A stretch of 63,513 nucleotides of DNA, counting the filler, from Bigelowiella natans CCMP2755 (Eukaryota > Protista > Cercozoa): the NCBI GenBank assembly GCA_000320545.1. It is 7 parts of 7 records of this genome, joined end to end, with 100 filler letters (N's around TTAATTAATTAA, not from the genome) between each part and the next. Parts side by side here need not be neighbours in the genome. Positions count along the whole stretch, not along the records: positions 14,005 to 24,396 come from ADNK01002236.1; positions 24,497 to 32,352 come from ADNK01000531.1; 5 more parts are not named here. One strand, written 5' to 3'. Of this stretch, positions 15,139 through 27,985 are shown piece after piece. A model generated the notes under the pieces. That model worked only from the letters and a program-made list of their open reading frames with translations. It had not been told where the DNA came from and searched no databases. Numbering within the stretch: position 1 is the first letter of the stretch; each line of letters begins with the position of its first letter. The position numbers were made by a program, and so were the translations under genes.

Positions 15139-15352
15139 TGGTATTTGATACGATATGGTTGCAGGGCTACATTGAAAAGAATCAATTTCGGATATTCTGT
15201 GAGTTCCTTCGATACGACCTCTACATCATGGTACTGCCTATCTACTACGACATGCATTCATATACAACGGCTCTTGCACATATACACACACGCTCGCGCA
15301 AAAACAATGTATAATGTACACATGAAATAAAAGTATTGATATATTGATTAGC

Positions 15353-15394
<42 letters not shown>

Positions 15395-15843
15395 GTATAA
15401 TCTCCATGAGTTGTGTTTGCGCTTTCAATCCTACTTGTGTAAGATGCACTTCCAAGGAATGGGGGCGCTGGGAGCTGAAGAGTAATCTTCAACATTAATG
15501 ACGACGACGACGACGATGACAGTGATGAAAATAACGATGACTGCGAAGCACCAAGTTGATATGAAAAAGGGAAAACGCGACGTGATGCGAGCCCTCTCAG
15601 TATTATTGCTGGTGTTTGCAGCAACAATACACGTTTTGGTCGTTACAGACAGTTGATGGGGAAAATCGATGATTTTGCTTACGTATCTATTGTTGGTTTG
15701 ACTCTATACTCACCCCCCCTCCTCAGGGTCTCCGAGAAGGAATTCGTTGAGTTTTTCCGGACTTGCAATGTGCCGGGCCTGCTTCCCAACGTAATGGGAG
15801 AGCAGGGAGATCATGAATGAGCCGATACAACAAAACAATGCAT

Positions 15844-15878
<35 letters not shown>

Positions 15879-16620
15879 GTAAATGATCAACAATCATAGA
15901 CAGCAATAGTTTTTTCATCATCAAGCGTCTTGTGTGTGTGAGTGTGTGTGTGCGAGTGTTTGTGAGTTTGTGTCTTTGTAAGTAAACACATTGTTTGGCC
16001 TCATCATAAGCGCTAACACATTCCTCCTCCTCCCCCTCCTGCTGCTGCTTAACCTTGGTAGTTTTCTGGATCGGATGATCTCAAGACACAATTCGCTCTG
16101 ATTGACATCAACGAGTAGTAGTGATTTGCTGTTCATTATTTTCCCTTCCTTCGTTCTCTTCTACCCTCCCTTCCCCTCTTCCGCATTCTTCCTCAATATC
16201 CGCGTGACAGTGCAATGCGTGGCTTGTCTGCGATGAGATTACATATATTCGGAAGTACACAAAACATAATCATCATCATCAGCAGTAGCAGCAGCATCAT
16301 CAGCAGCAGCATCATTATCCCTCTCCGCCATACTTCTTGTTGTAGAATCGGATCGATACGCTTTGATGAGTTCGCCGAGTATATGATCAACCTGAAGGTA
16401 GGATGGTAGATGTCTGCACGGCGGTGTCATATCGTGCGAGTATATTATTATTAGAGTTAGTCACAACAGATATTGGAAAACACAAAGACACGCACAGAAA
16501 GGGAGACCGAGGAGGCAGGGAGAGAAAGAGAGAGAGAGAGAGAGAGTGAGAGATGGAGAGAATAAGGACATTCTCCATAACTTATTGCAGGTCCAAAATC
16601 CATCACCTCTAAATGCTGAG
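14361..16620 (-). CDS. Multi-exon hypothetical protein
   Basis: Terminal exon PDRTLSTLADFLIQ...AAMKEKKNI* (stop 14361) plus upstream exon-like non-repetitive segments (QYHDVEVVSKELTEYPKLILF, ARHIASPEKLNEFLLGD, VDHILGELIKAYRSD). No family recognised; the 5' limit is approximate. Confidence 0.4.
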
Positions 16621-16885
16621 TCGGTTCTCCGTGAGGATATAGAGAAATTGAGCACACGGGTATTTTTTCCACACTATTATGCATTTCTTTCTTCTTATCA
16701 TCCTCTCCCTTACAATGCGAGCTCGTGTGCAGCAATACACGCATATTATGTTGTGTATATATATGATACACGTGAATGGGGATATGTGTGCATGTACGTT
16801 GATTTTTGGTTTTCGGCATATTCCTCTGCCTCTTGCCGTTGTTTCTTATCGTTTTGATTATTCGCTATCGTGTTACCGTGCGCGC

Positions 16886-16940
<55 letters not shown>

Positions 16941-17691
16941 AATGTATGTGTGTTCTCGTTGTCTTTTGGTTTTTCTTACTGTATTGCTCTTGTTTGCCTG
17001 TTGATATTGTAAGTCCTCAACCCCAAGATCATACACATCACCGCGCAGTAAGGTCAAACGACGAAAACCGAGCAAATGAAGATGCGCTCACTTGTTTCTT
17101 GAACAAAAACAAGAAGGAGAACAACTCGAAGCCCACACTAGTTATCATCGAATTCAAGAAAGGAAGATGATATTTCTATTCTACATCTATTCCAATAAAT
17201 AGTACCATCGAGTCATTGGACTTTACCTATGGGATGCGATGAATGGCCTGTACATGTTGCCCTGATTACCCAGAGATACAGCACTAGAGTCTCTATAATC
17301 AATCTTCTGTGAATAGATGTTATCGTATAATAATTTATTTATTTATTTACCTATTTATTTATTTATTTTTTAATTTTCATTTTGGTACATTTTCATCCGC
17401 ATGTATGCTCGCCATTTGCCGTTCGTGTGGTGTTTGATGAAAGCAAGGATGGATGTGCATTCATTTCATGCTGCAGGAGACGGGGAAGGAGACGAAAAGG
17501 AGGATTTCCTCAAAAGGAAGAGGAGGAGGCTATGCTTTATGTACGAAAACAGACACGATGGCAGCTGCATACTGAAATTTTGATGAATGATCATGATGAT
17601 GATGATTTAGTCGTCGGTATACGAGCAATTTGTTCTTCTCGTCATCATAGCAAATTTGTGCTCTTTTCCTTTCCCTTCTCTCCTCCCCTGT

Positions 17692-17733
<42 letters not shown>

Positions 17734-18042
17734 TAAATATATTGTATGTGTGTGCCTGCGCGCGTGTGTGTGTGTGTGTGTGTGTGCGTGCGCGCGCATA
17801 TGTATTGTATCTACGCTCAGCACCGAGCGAAGGAGTGGTAGACAACCCTAATAGTAATACGATTGCTAGTACTTCAAACATCGACAACGCTCTGGTGGGT
17901 AGAATAATCTCTCTCTCTCTCTCTCTCCCTCCCTCCCTCTCTCTCTCTCTCTCTCCCTTTCTTTCTCTCTGAAGGGGGGGAGGAAGAAAGAAAGAATGAA
18001 TGAATGAACGAGGCCTACCACAACACACACATACACACACAC

Positions 18043-18074
<32 letters not shown>

Positions 18075-18157
18075 GCATACACACATGATGAGTGACACGG
18101 TACACATCGCGTCCATATGAATTGTACCTTCCCGAAGCACACCTATGAGCAATTCTG

Positions 18158-18190
<33 letters not shown>

Positions 18191-18395
18191 ACTACTGTTA
18201 CTGCTACTACAACTGCATCTTGCTACCACTCTCTGATGTGAGCATTACTACATATGTAGCTGCTAAAGCTTGAGGAGAAGATCATGAAGCAAGTAGACTG
18301 TAATCATAGGTGAGTCGCCGCCAAATAAATAATACAGTGATGATGAAAAGTAACGATGCGAAATTCGTCGTTGGCCAATGCTGCTGCTATCATAA

Positions 18396-18430
<35 letters not shown>

Positions 18431-18732
18431 GGTCAATACGTGTGCACATTCGTTCGACTCCTTTGAAGGTATTGCCCTACCTGCATACTGCCTTAAGGGT
18501 CGAATACCCCTTGATCTTCACTATCAAGAGGGGGGGGGGGGGGGGGTAGAAAGTGGCCTGTTAAACACAACGCGTTTTGCTACCTATCGAAATGTGTTCT
18601 TTAGGCAGGTCATGGGAAAGCTGAGTAATATCGAAAATCTCCTTAGAAGCTCGAATATGCTCGGTACACTGCAATGCCGCAACACATCCACAATTCGTCC
18701 CTTCAGCTTAGATTGTGCAATCTGTTTTTAAG

Positions 18733-18763
<31 letters not shown>

Positions 18764-18786
18764 CCTAATGTATATATATTATTAAA

Positions 18787-18825
<39 letters not shown>

Positions 18826-19371
18826 TGCTGTGCCTGCGCAGGTTCGATGATGATGATGTGTGTGTGTGTGTGTGTGTGTTTGTTTGTGTGTGTGTGTATT
18901 CTTAAAGAGTAGCATCTTTCTATTGTGTGCACTCCTTCCGTCATCATCACCATCATCATCACCACCACCATCATCATCCTTAGGAGCTCCAACGATAAAC
19001 CAGAAAGTCAAATCATTAATAGGCCAGGTATTTACATGAATAATATATACAAATATACACATGTGTGTGTGCTATTATTATTTTCACCAAAGCTTCCAAG
19101 CTCTGCAGAGAACAACAGATCTAAATTATTAGCATCATCAAGTTCAAGATAGTTGCAGTAGTAGTAGTAGTAGTAGTAGTAGTAGCTTTTCATTCCTTCC
19201 ACACGTGAAACCCTCGATACAGTAACATGAGCTGTGATGATGGGAGATGCTACCCAAAAAGCGCGTCTGGAGAGAGACAGAGAGGGGGGGGGGGGGGAGA
19301 TAGAGAGAGAGCGAGCGCGCCTGCGCGCGCGTAATGGCCGCATGGTCGATCCCAGCTATCAGCTGGACTCT

Positions 19372-19819
19372 CTGCACAAATCAATCATGGTCACGAAATG
19401 TATGATCAGGTGGCCACGCTCACCCAGGCGATGAATGATGTCACTTTGCTACTGGAAGATAAAAGTAACGTTTATTTCGTCGATGTAACAGAGAATCCTT
19501 TGCGGCACGCTCGTTTTTTAGAGGAGCCAGCCTTCCTTCCTCCTGCGGGGAGGGCTCAGTCCTCTGATTCGCAAGGGCGTTGGGATTTATTTGTGTGGTG
19601 GAAGTCAGATGTGCCTTGCATGTTGTCTATGCCTTTTTGACACTCTGTCCACACCATCATCGTGCAAGCGTGAGGGTAGAGTGAATATGGGCGTTTGGGA
19701 GAAAGTAGGTGCTGCAGGAATGAGCCTGCTATGTCGAGTTCTAATCACGAACAGCAGCCTGAGAAATCCAGGCTACGATGTCAGACTAGAATACGTGATA
19801 TGGTATACACACACACACA

Positions 19820-19853
<34 letters not shown>

Positions 19854-19944
19854 CATTGTCATAATTCTCTTGAGCCTATTTGTCGTAACTGATCAGATGG
19901 AGGACTTGGCAGCCTCGATGAGGATTTCAAAGCAGCAGCAGTAG
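19372..19944 (+). CDS. 3' exons of a hypothetical protein
   Basis: Non-repetitive open frame EMYDQVATLTQAMNDVTLLLEDKSNVYFVDVTENPLRHARFLEEP..., followed by further exon-like segments before an intergenic block. Confidence 0.3.
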
Positions 19945-20769
19945 AATGCAGGAATGATAGAGTAGACTCCGAAGGAACAATAACTTTTGGACCGCCGGAT
20001 GATGACGCACCCAAGTCCTTGCAGCCGGACGACTCTCTCGCTACTTAATAAGAAAAATGATGCCTGCCGCGCGTGTGTTCATGATCTAGGCCGTTATTGT
20101 TATCGCAGCATCTATTTGCGACAAATGTCACATGCTGAACGTGTGACACGCATGAGTGTGTTGCGCATGACGAATCATGCCGCTTTGGCATGCAAAGCTA
20201 GCCATTTAGAAAGTAAAACACAATCGCTCGGTTTAGCTAGCGGTGGCCAAGTCTAGAAGTGGCGCACCGCAGTGCTGCTCGCTAGCTCATCGTCTGGCGC
20301 ATCATCTGACATGCACATCCAAACAAACGTCACAACTGCAGTAGGCCAGACATTGCGCGACTTGGTCACTCACTGCATGCACTTTGTCAGGTGCATGAGA
20401 TAAAACCGGTGAAGGCTAGCAGGCTAGCAGGACGCTACACCGCGTATACATGACAGTTTTCGTTTAGCTTGATGAGCACACTGACATATACTGCCCGTCC
20501 GCCATGTGATAGCAATCTAGATGTAGGCCTACCTAGCTATCCAGCTCTGCTAAAACGGAATTCTATGAATGAGCTTGCCCGTGTGGAGAGCGTGTAGCAT
20601 GACTTCGTAAGCGTACTGTTCTCCCCCATGCCACTTTCCGCCTGTTGCATCGCAGAGATGTGATTGGCTATTAAGCTGCATGCATGGGTAGAGTGGTGAT
20701 TTGTGCATGCATCCGTCGTCGTCATAACAGTGCGTATGTTCGATAGAAGACTACTGGTAAACACCCACG

Positions 20770-21502
20770 TACCTTTTGCGCTCACATTACGAGCGTACAC
20801 ACCAAGGACAAAACTTCCGAGCGGGAGAATCTGATCGACATGAAAAGAAGGTTTAACTCACGGTTAGAGAATGGGCCGAGGTCCCCTCCCCCCCCCCCTC
20901 CCCTCCCCCGCCTCATCGATAACGCTTGCAACACCTGGACACAACTGATTTCGTATAAAGCTTCCAATGATTTGTCGCGTTCTTCTTCTAATCGATCCAG
21001 ATCGCTGATGATTGGGATAGTTAGGCTCGGAGAATATATATAGAAGATGCAAAACAGCGGGCATTACGATATAAACACATACGACCCCATCGTTTTTACG
21101 TCAACACATACGACCCCATCGTTTTTACGTCGTTGTCGGTCCAAAATAGATGAGGTGATTGTGGGCAAAGTTGTGAACTTACAGAGACTGCTGCAGCACG
21201 TGCTGCAAGACGTCCTCTTTCCGGACCTTCGACCCGTAGTAGCAGCTGATGTTGGGAGCGGGGGAAAAGCGTGTGAGGGGGCGGGGTGTCAACCATCACT
21301 GCGCTGTCAATCCAGGGCATTTTCACGCGAGATCTCCATCTTCGCACATGCGACGGTATGGAGGGCTGTGAGCTTGGTTAATTTTTTAATGGTCTTAATC
21401 ATACCGTTGTTTTGCGTGCGCAATCCAGTCACATCTGACCCGGTTGTGTTTTTGCCCTAACAGATCATGGAAGCGGATATACTATCATATAACAATATAT
21501 TT

Positions 21503-21539
<37 letters not shown>

Positions 21540-21700
21540 TGTACACATGCAGCATGGCGCAAGCATGTGTCTACTACCAACACATAATAGCTACACATAT
21601 GTGGGGCTGACAGCACCTGCTCTCTCCCCCCCCCCCCCTCCTCTGGGGTCCTGAGCTTCCCACTTAACCATTACAGCTCCTTCATCGACACTTAAAATCT
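20770..21700 (-). CDS. Multi-exon hypothetical protein (partial)
   Basis: GT-AG exon candidates QKHNRVRCDWIAHAKQR / CYYGSKVRKEDVLQHVLQQSL / DLDRLEEERDKSLEALYEISCVQ / ILPLGSFVLGVYARNV; ends approximate. Confidence 0.4.
21074..21131. repeat. Perfect 29-bp tandem duplication (intronic)
   Basis: aacacatacgaccccatcgtttttacgtc at 21074-21102 and 21103-21131. Confidence 0.9.
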
Positions 21701-21879
21701 GCACAGTTACAAAGAAAAGGGATATCGGCATGCGAACAAAAGGAGGCTATGTTTCATAAGCGCAGGTCGTCAGAAATACCGCTATTATTACCAGCATGTC
21801 ATCTGCATTTTCATCGCCCCAATTCTTTCGATTTTTTGCTACAAACCTCTCCTCTTAAAGTAATACACCAACACCAACA

Positions 21880-21920
<41 letters not shown>

Positions 21921-22527
21921 GCGCACACACGCACACAAGAACAACAACAACATCAACAACAGCAAAACTGCTGCATTCCGCACCTCAAATCTCCCATCCG
22001 GGCGCTCATATCCGCACAGTGTGTGTATCGACTGAAGCGATCATTGCAAATGCCAAAAAAATGAGCTCGTGGATTGACCACGCACGCATGCACGCACGCC
22101 GCAACACACAACTGAATACGCAAATGGCTTTTGAGGCTGACGCCAGCGACTAAGAAGCGTCTCTTCGCGCTCGCTTGCTAGTTTATTGGCAGATATCTGA
22201 CCTGCGAATGGCCAAGCTCCCATCTACGTTTGCTTTCATATGTGCTCCTGGCGATGACGACGATGTGAAACGATGTCTAGCTAGGATGGTGTGTTTTTAG
22301 CGAGCTCCTACTATTGCTGCATTTAGACGCTGCTGCAGGGGAAGCAGATCGGAAAGGAATACGGTCTACCACTTCGCTACTCTCGAAATTCTAACAAGCG
22401 TGGATTAGCGTTTGACGACCTACCTCCTCAGGACAAGGTCTCTCAGGTAGCTGTAGTCGTCGCCATCGTGGCTTGTTATCTTACACTCTTCGTCGTGCCT
22501 TGAGGAAGGTGTAGCACAAGGAATCGA

Positions 22528-22572
<45 letters not shown>

Positions 22573-22970
22573 AGAGGATGCCGATGTGCTTGACAAAACA
22601 CAATGGCCTGGCACTCACGCATGCACAACGGTGGGAAAAAAATAAAATAAAATAAAATAAAATAAAATAAAAACCCAAAAAGCTCAGGTACTGATAAATC
22701 GACGAACCCAAATAAGGAATGTCTGATATTGACAAAACCAGATATACGAACACTGCATGCGCAGCAAGCACGCTTACCGCATCGCTGTTTCTGCTCGTAT
22801 CGATGACTGCTCCGCAGCCGAAGGATTCGCAGGGGAATGCCGTCGTCGTTTGCCGTTGTCTGGGGCGCCATCATCACGCACGAGGACACCATCCAGCTTG
22901 CTCTCATAATAGTTTGATGCAAGACTCTCGAGCTCGAGCCACTGCCCGCAACTGAAGAATTTTAATATGC

Positions 22971-23006
<36 letters not shown>

Positions 23007-23195
23007 CTATTTTTTTATTTATTGTGTGTGTATTGTGTGTGTATTGTGTGTGTGATAAAGAACAATCTGGCTGATGAGCGCGAATAAACGAGAGAAAGAG
23101 CACCTGTCGACCCCATCAGAGCTCGCGACTACAATCCTGTATGATGATGCAATTCAATGATAAATCTGTTTGCTCGATAGGAGCCTTCTACTTCC

Positions 23196-23230
<35 letters not shown>

Positions 23231-23288
23231 TCTCTTCCTCCCTCTCCCTCTATAGTGCGTGCTTGTGTGCGTGTATTTGGCTACTACC

Positions 23289-23326
<38 letters not shown>

Positions 23327-23464
23327 GCATCGGAACATCATGAAATACCACCCTCTAGTATTCAAGGAGATAGCCAGAATTCTTTCCCTAATTGTGGGGA
23401 TATTGGAGAGGGAGGGGGGGGGGAGGGGGGGGGATAAGTATAGAGACTTCAAAAGACAATTATC

Positions 23465-23502
<38 letters not shown>

Positions 23503-23543
23503 GCAAGGGCATACTGCTATCATTGACCACATACAACATCGAC

Positions 23544-23579
<36 letters not shown>

Positions 23580-23658
23580 ATGTGTGTCTATCATCATTAC
23601 CCTTTATCCGTAACAGGAGCTTGCCATGTAGCAAATCCCACATCTATCGAGCCAATAA

Positions 23659-23705
<47 letters not shown>

Positions 23706-24194
23706 TCTATTCATTTTAGAAGACTCAGAGTAGCATTAGAAGCGTGTGGTCGTCGATTTTGAAGTCAACCTCTATGGTCCGCCTCTGGTCCATGGTGCTT
23801 ATGCTCCTTAACAGCCTGACGAATGAATGACACAATCTCAGAAAAACCGAGCCACGCAATGTTTGATTCTTACATAAAAATTTTTAAAAAAATATAAATT
23901 GATAAATTAAAAAAAAATAAAAAAATTATATCTGTTTTAAAAAACAAAAGCATAGCTCCTCCATCATCACTGACGCAGCGGTGGTGAGAGAGGCATCTTT
24001 CCGCAAGGTGTGTATTATCTCTCCGCTATCCATCGATAATTGTTCTTCTGCACAACATCTCTGGCGACGATCGAATATCAGGATAGCAATTTATTGTAGG
24101 CATAAAATAGATGCTTCGAGGAGATGAGGCAAACCTCTCTTCGCCCTGTGGTCAGCTATATGACTCATAGATTATCATCATCATTATCATCATT

Positions 24195-24227
<33 letters not shown>

Positions 24228-24345
24228 TACTATTATAAATGAATACTACCATCGTCCTCCTGGGGCAACTTGACATTGTCCAGTTCCTGAGCAATGAAAG
24301 ACCAAGCGGGCTTAGGCAAATTATTCGTTTCTAAACAACGCGGCA

Positions 24346-24396
<51 letters not shown>

Positions 24397-24496
24397 NNNN
24401 NNNNNNNNNNNNNNNNNNNNNNNNNNNNNNNNNNNNNNNNTTAATTAATTAANNNNNNNNNNNNNNNNNNNNNNNNNNNNNNNNNNNNNNNNNNNN
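24397..24496. other. Artificial contig spacer
   Basis: 44N-TTAATTAATTAA-44N. Confidence 0.98.
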
Positions 24497-24755
24497 GAGC
24501 GGTCGCGCGCCTCCTTCTCACAAGGCCGTGGCGCAGGAATCATACATGTAAACATCCTCAGCCCCGCTTCTCCCGCCTCCATAGTCTCTATTTATATATA
24601 TATGTTTAGGGATATATATTAAAAAAAAAAAAAAAAATATATCTATATATATATATATATATATGTATATAAGCAGAACGGCTAATCTGCGTTGATTTCT
24701 CTTCAACCCGTGGAAGGGAGCGCCAACCCCCCCTAGAAACAGTGTATAGCCTCTC

Positions 24756-24803
<48 letters not shown>

Positions 24804-24895
24804 GGGAAAGGGAGGGGGGTGGATGTAAGACTCATTCTCGTCATTTCCTTCGTGAGAGTAAGCTCCCAAAGGTCGTATCTCCTTACAAAATTACC

Positions 24896-24950
<55 letters not shown>

Positions 24951-25003
24951 CCCCAACTGTCCCTTTCTCCTTTCAATTCGTTCTCTCCTTCGTCTTCTTT
25001 TTC

Positions 25004-25034
<31 letters not shown>

Positions 25035-25452
25035 AACTCTCCTTTCGCCGCTGCTGCTGCTGCTGGTACTACTACTGCTACGATCACCACCATGCACGAG
25101 CACATGTCTCTTACCTGTGAGGATGGCCTCTGCGCACTTCAGCTCATCGTCTATGCTGTGCCGCGACGACGATGCTACCCATCGTATCATGGGTGAGAAA
25201 AAGCATTGATAACACGAAGAAGAAGAAGAAGGAGAAGAAGAAGAAGAAGAGTAAAAAGAGTAAGAAGGATGTAAAAAGGAGAGGAATGCTGATTGATGAT
25301 TGATGATTGATGATGATGATGAGAATGGCGGTGAAGATAATGTCACACTAAAAGGCAGCAGCAGTAGCAGCAGTCCCCCAAATGAGGGGGGATTGACCTT
25401 GTAGAATATAGTATATGTATATTCTTAAATATACATATATTTATACATATGA

Positions 25453-25493
<41 letters not shown>

Positions 25494-25958
25494 CAGCAGC
25501 AGCAGTAACATACCTTTAGAAATCGTAAGCACAAGTGAGCCAGGCGTGTGGCAAGGTGTTTCCAAGGCCACGATGCGAGTAGAACCCAACTGAGCGCCGG
25601 GAAAATGTAGAGGAGGAGGGAAGGGGTAGAGGAGGAGGGAAGGGGAGGGGGGGGAAGGAGGAGGGAGGAGAGCTTAGAAAACACAGGCTATAGTAGTAGT
25701 AGTAGTAGTAAGTAGTAGTAGTAGTAGTAGTAGTAGTAGAAGTGGTACACGTGCTTGTTATGTATTTTACGTGCTCGTCATCACACACCTTAACGACGGA
25801 CTTATCGACAAGCTTCCTAGTCTTCACTCCAGAGACCTGGTAGTGGCGGCGACACACAATCATGAGAAAGGGGGGGAGGGGGAGGGGGAGGGGGAGAAGG
25901 AAGGGAAACTGTTGTGTGGAAAGGTGTAATCCTACTGCTGGTAGCGCGTGTAAGTGCA

Positions 25959-26001
<43 letters not shown>

Positions 26002-26270
26002 CGCCATCGTTGTTGTCGTTGCAAGCTGCTCTTCCTCACCTCCTCGTGCACGCTGCAGTAGACCTTTGGAGGAGAGGAAGAGTGGGAAAGGAGGAGGAGG
26101 AGGAGGAGGAGGAGAGGGGTAATTTTAATAAATTAAATCAGTGCTGCTTATTTCGAATCTGAGAAGAAATCATTAGTGTTAAATGTCAACCACATATATA
26201 ATAAATAATACTCGTTTGCCGTCGTCATCAAGATTCCTCCACTCTCCTCGCTCGATGTCTACCCCTCCCC

Positions 26271-26345
<75 letters not shown>

Positions 26346-27284
26346 AACACATATACTATCGTGGTGAAAAGAACCTCCACGCTTGGAAATTGGCGTTTGA
26401 GCTCTTCGACTCCCCCGCAGTGATCTTGATGGCAGTGCTGATGATACACGAAAAAAACCGTCACCATCATCCATCAGCTCTCACGCCAAAAGAGGAAAGG
26501 GGAGGGGGAGGGGGGGGGGGGGGGCGGAAGTCCTCACCGTTAGAAGAATGTAGTGAGGCACTAGGCCTAATTGAAAGCAGGCTAAAGCCACTGGTGTGGA
26601 GGCTCCTAAGAGTGTTATCAAGCATAAACATCTAGAGAAGAAACAGCGTGTGCGAAAGTAGCGTGCACCCCACCGAGCCGCAGATGCGTGAGGGGGGGAG
26701 GGGAGGGGGGGACACAGTACGAAGAATCTGTGAAAATATGAGCCTTCTTGTTGTTGTTGTCGTCGTCGTCGCATTTAGTGTGAGGAGTAGCTAGCAGCAG
26801 AAGGAGCAGTACCTGGATCTACAATGCCGCACTGCCCACTTCGATGATCGACCTGGAAACAAAGATGGAAGAGGAGGAGGAGGAGGAGGAGGGTATACAG
26901 CAAGCTAGAAGTGAGTTCTCCAGTGAGGAGGAGTCTTCATCGCCTCTCTTTTATGGGAATAACGTGTGAGGGGGTGGGGGGGAATGCATATATTTGCATA
27001 TATTTAAAATATATACAATATGTATTTGCTAACTGCTTCTTGCAAGGATGCTGATACTGGTTGTGACAGCAGCAATTCATCATATCCTCCCCCCCTTTCT
27101 CGTCGTTATATCAATCTCACCAGGATATAAGCGTAGTTGTCCGCCATGATTGGTACTGATGGCGACGAGGACCACAGAATGAAGATCAGAAGGAAAAGAA
27201 AGGAAAAGGAAGGAGCAGCAACATGAATCACAAACGGCATCGTACACACACGCACACGCACACGCACACATATTATATATATGT

Positions 27285-27321
<37 letters not shown>

Positions 27322-27659
27322 GGAGCAGAGGACATTAATTAAGAAGTACCCTATTATCATCATCATCGTCATCATGATCACCGCCAACAGCAAGAAACGT
27401 AATCTCTCTCTCTCTCTCTCTCTCTCTTCTTCTTCTTCTTCTCTATCTACCACCTGGCCAAACAGTGCATGCTGTCAATCGTGAAGGCTTTATATCGACT
27501 GTGTGAGGGCGAGGCGAACCTCCGGAGCCATACCTGCACAGAACACGACGTATCACTCATTGCAACGGTTTATAATTATAAAACATGTATAGTATAATGT
27601 ATGTTTTGTGCTACACTTTCATCAATAGCACTAACGTAGCAAGTAAGCACAGTCATTCG

Positions 27660-27713
<54 letters not shown>

Positions 27714-27755
27714 TATTTCTCCACCGCCCGCACGTACGCCTCTCTAGCTCTTTCT

Positions 27756-27797
<42 letters not shown>

Positions 27798-27809
27798 GTG
27801 TGTGTGTGT

Positions 27810-27841
<32 letters not shown>

Positions 27842-27985
27842 TGTCATATGTTGCTCTTGCTCCATTTTCTTCTTCTTTTTCTTTTTCTTACATCGAAGAC
27901 AGCGTGAGCTTCCAGTACCATTTTCCAATTGTGGTGAGATAGAGAGAGTAGATGCAGCGAAAGCTTGCTCGGAAAAGAAGATTCT
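24497..27985 (-). CDS. PNKD/MR-1-like hydroxyacylglutathione hydrolase (glyoxalase II, metallo-beta-lactamase fold); 3' end lost at gap, 5' exons may extend to ~29530
   Basis: Spliced motifs in order: FRCIYSLYLTTIGKWYWK (PNKD-like N-terminal segment), VPIMADNYAYIL, VDHRSGQCGIVDP, YILLT-HCHQDHCGGVEELKRQFP (T-H-x-H-x-D-H), LETPCHTPGS, AILTG-xTLFLGGVGAPFHG. Confidence 0.8.

Noticed and set aside
27080-27175. HGGQLRLYP, resembling a 2OG-Fe(II) prolyl hydroxylase motif
   Set aside because: It is an alternative frame of the exon encoding VPIMADNYAYIL, which fits the glyoxalase II-like gene.
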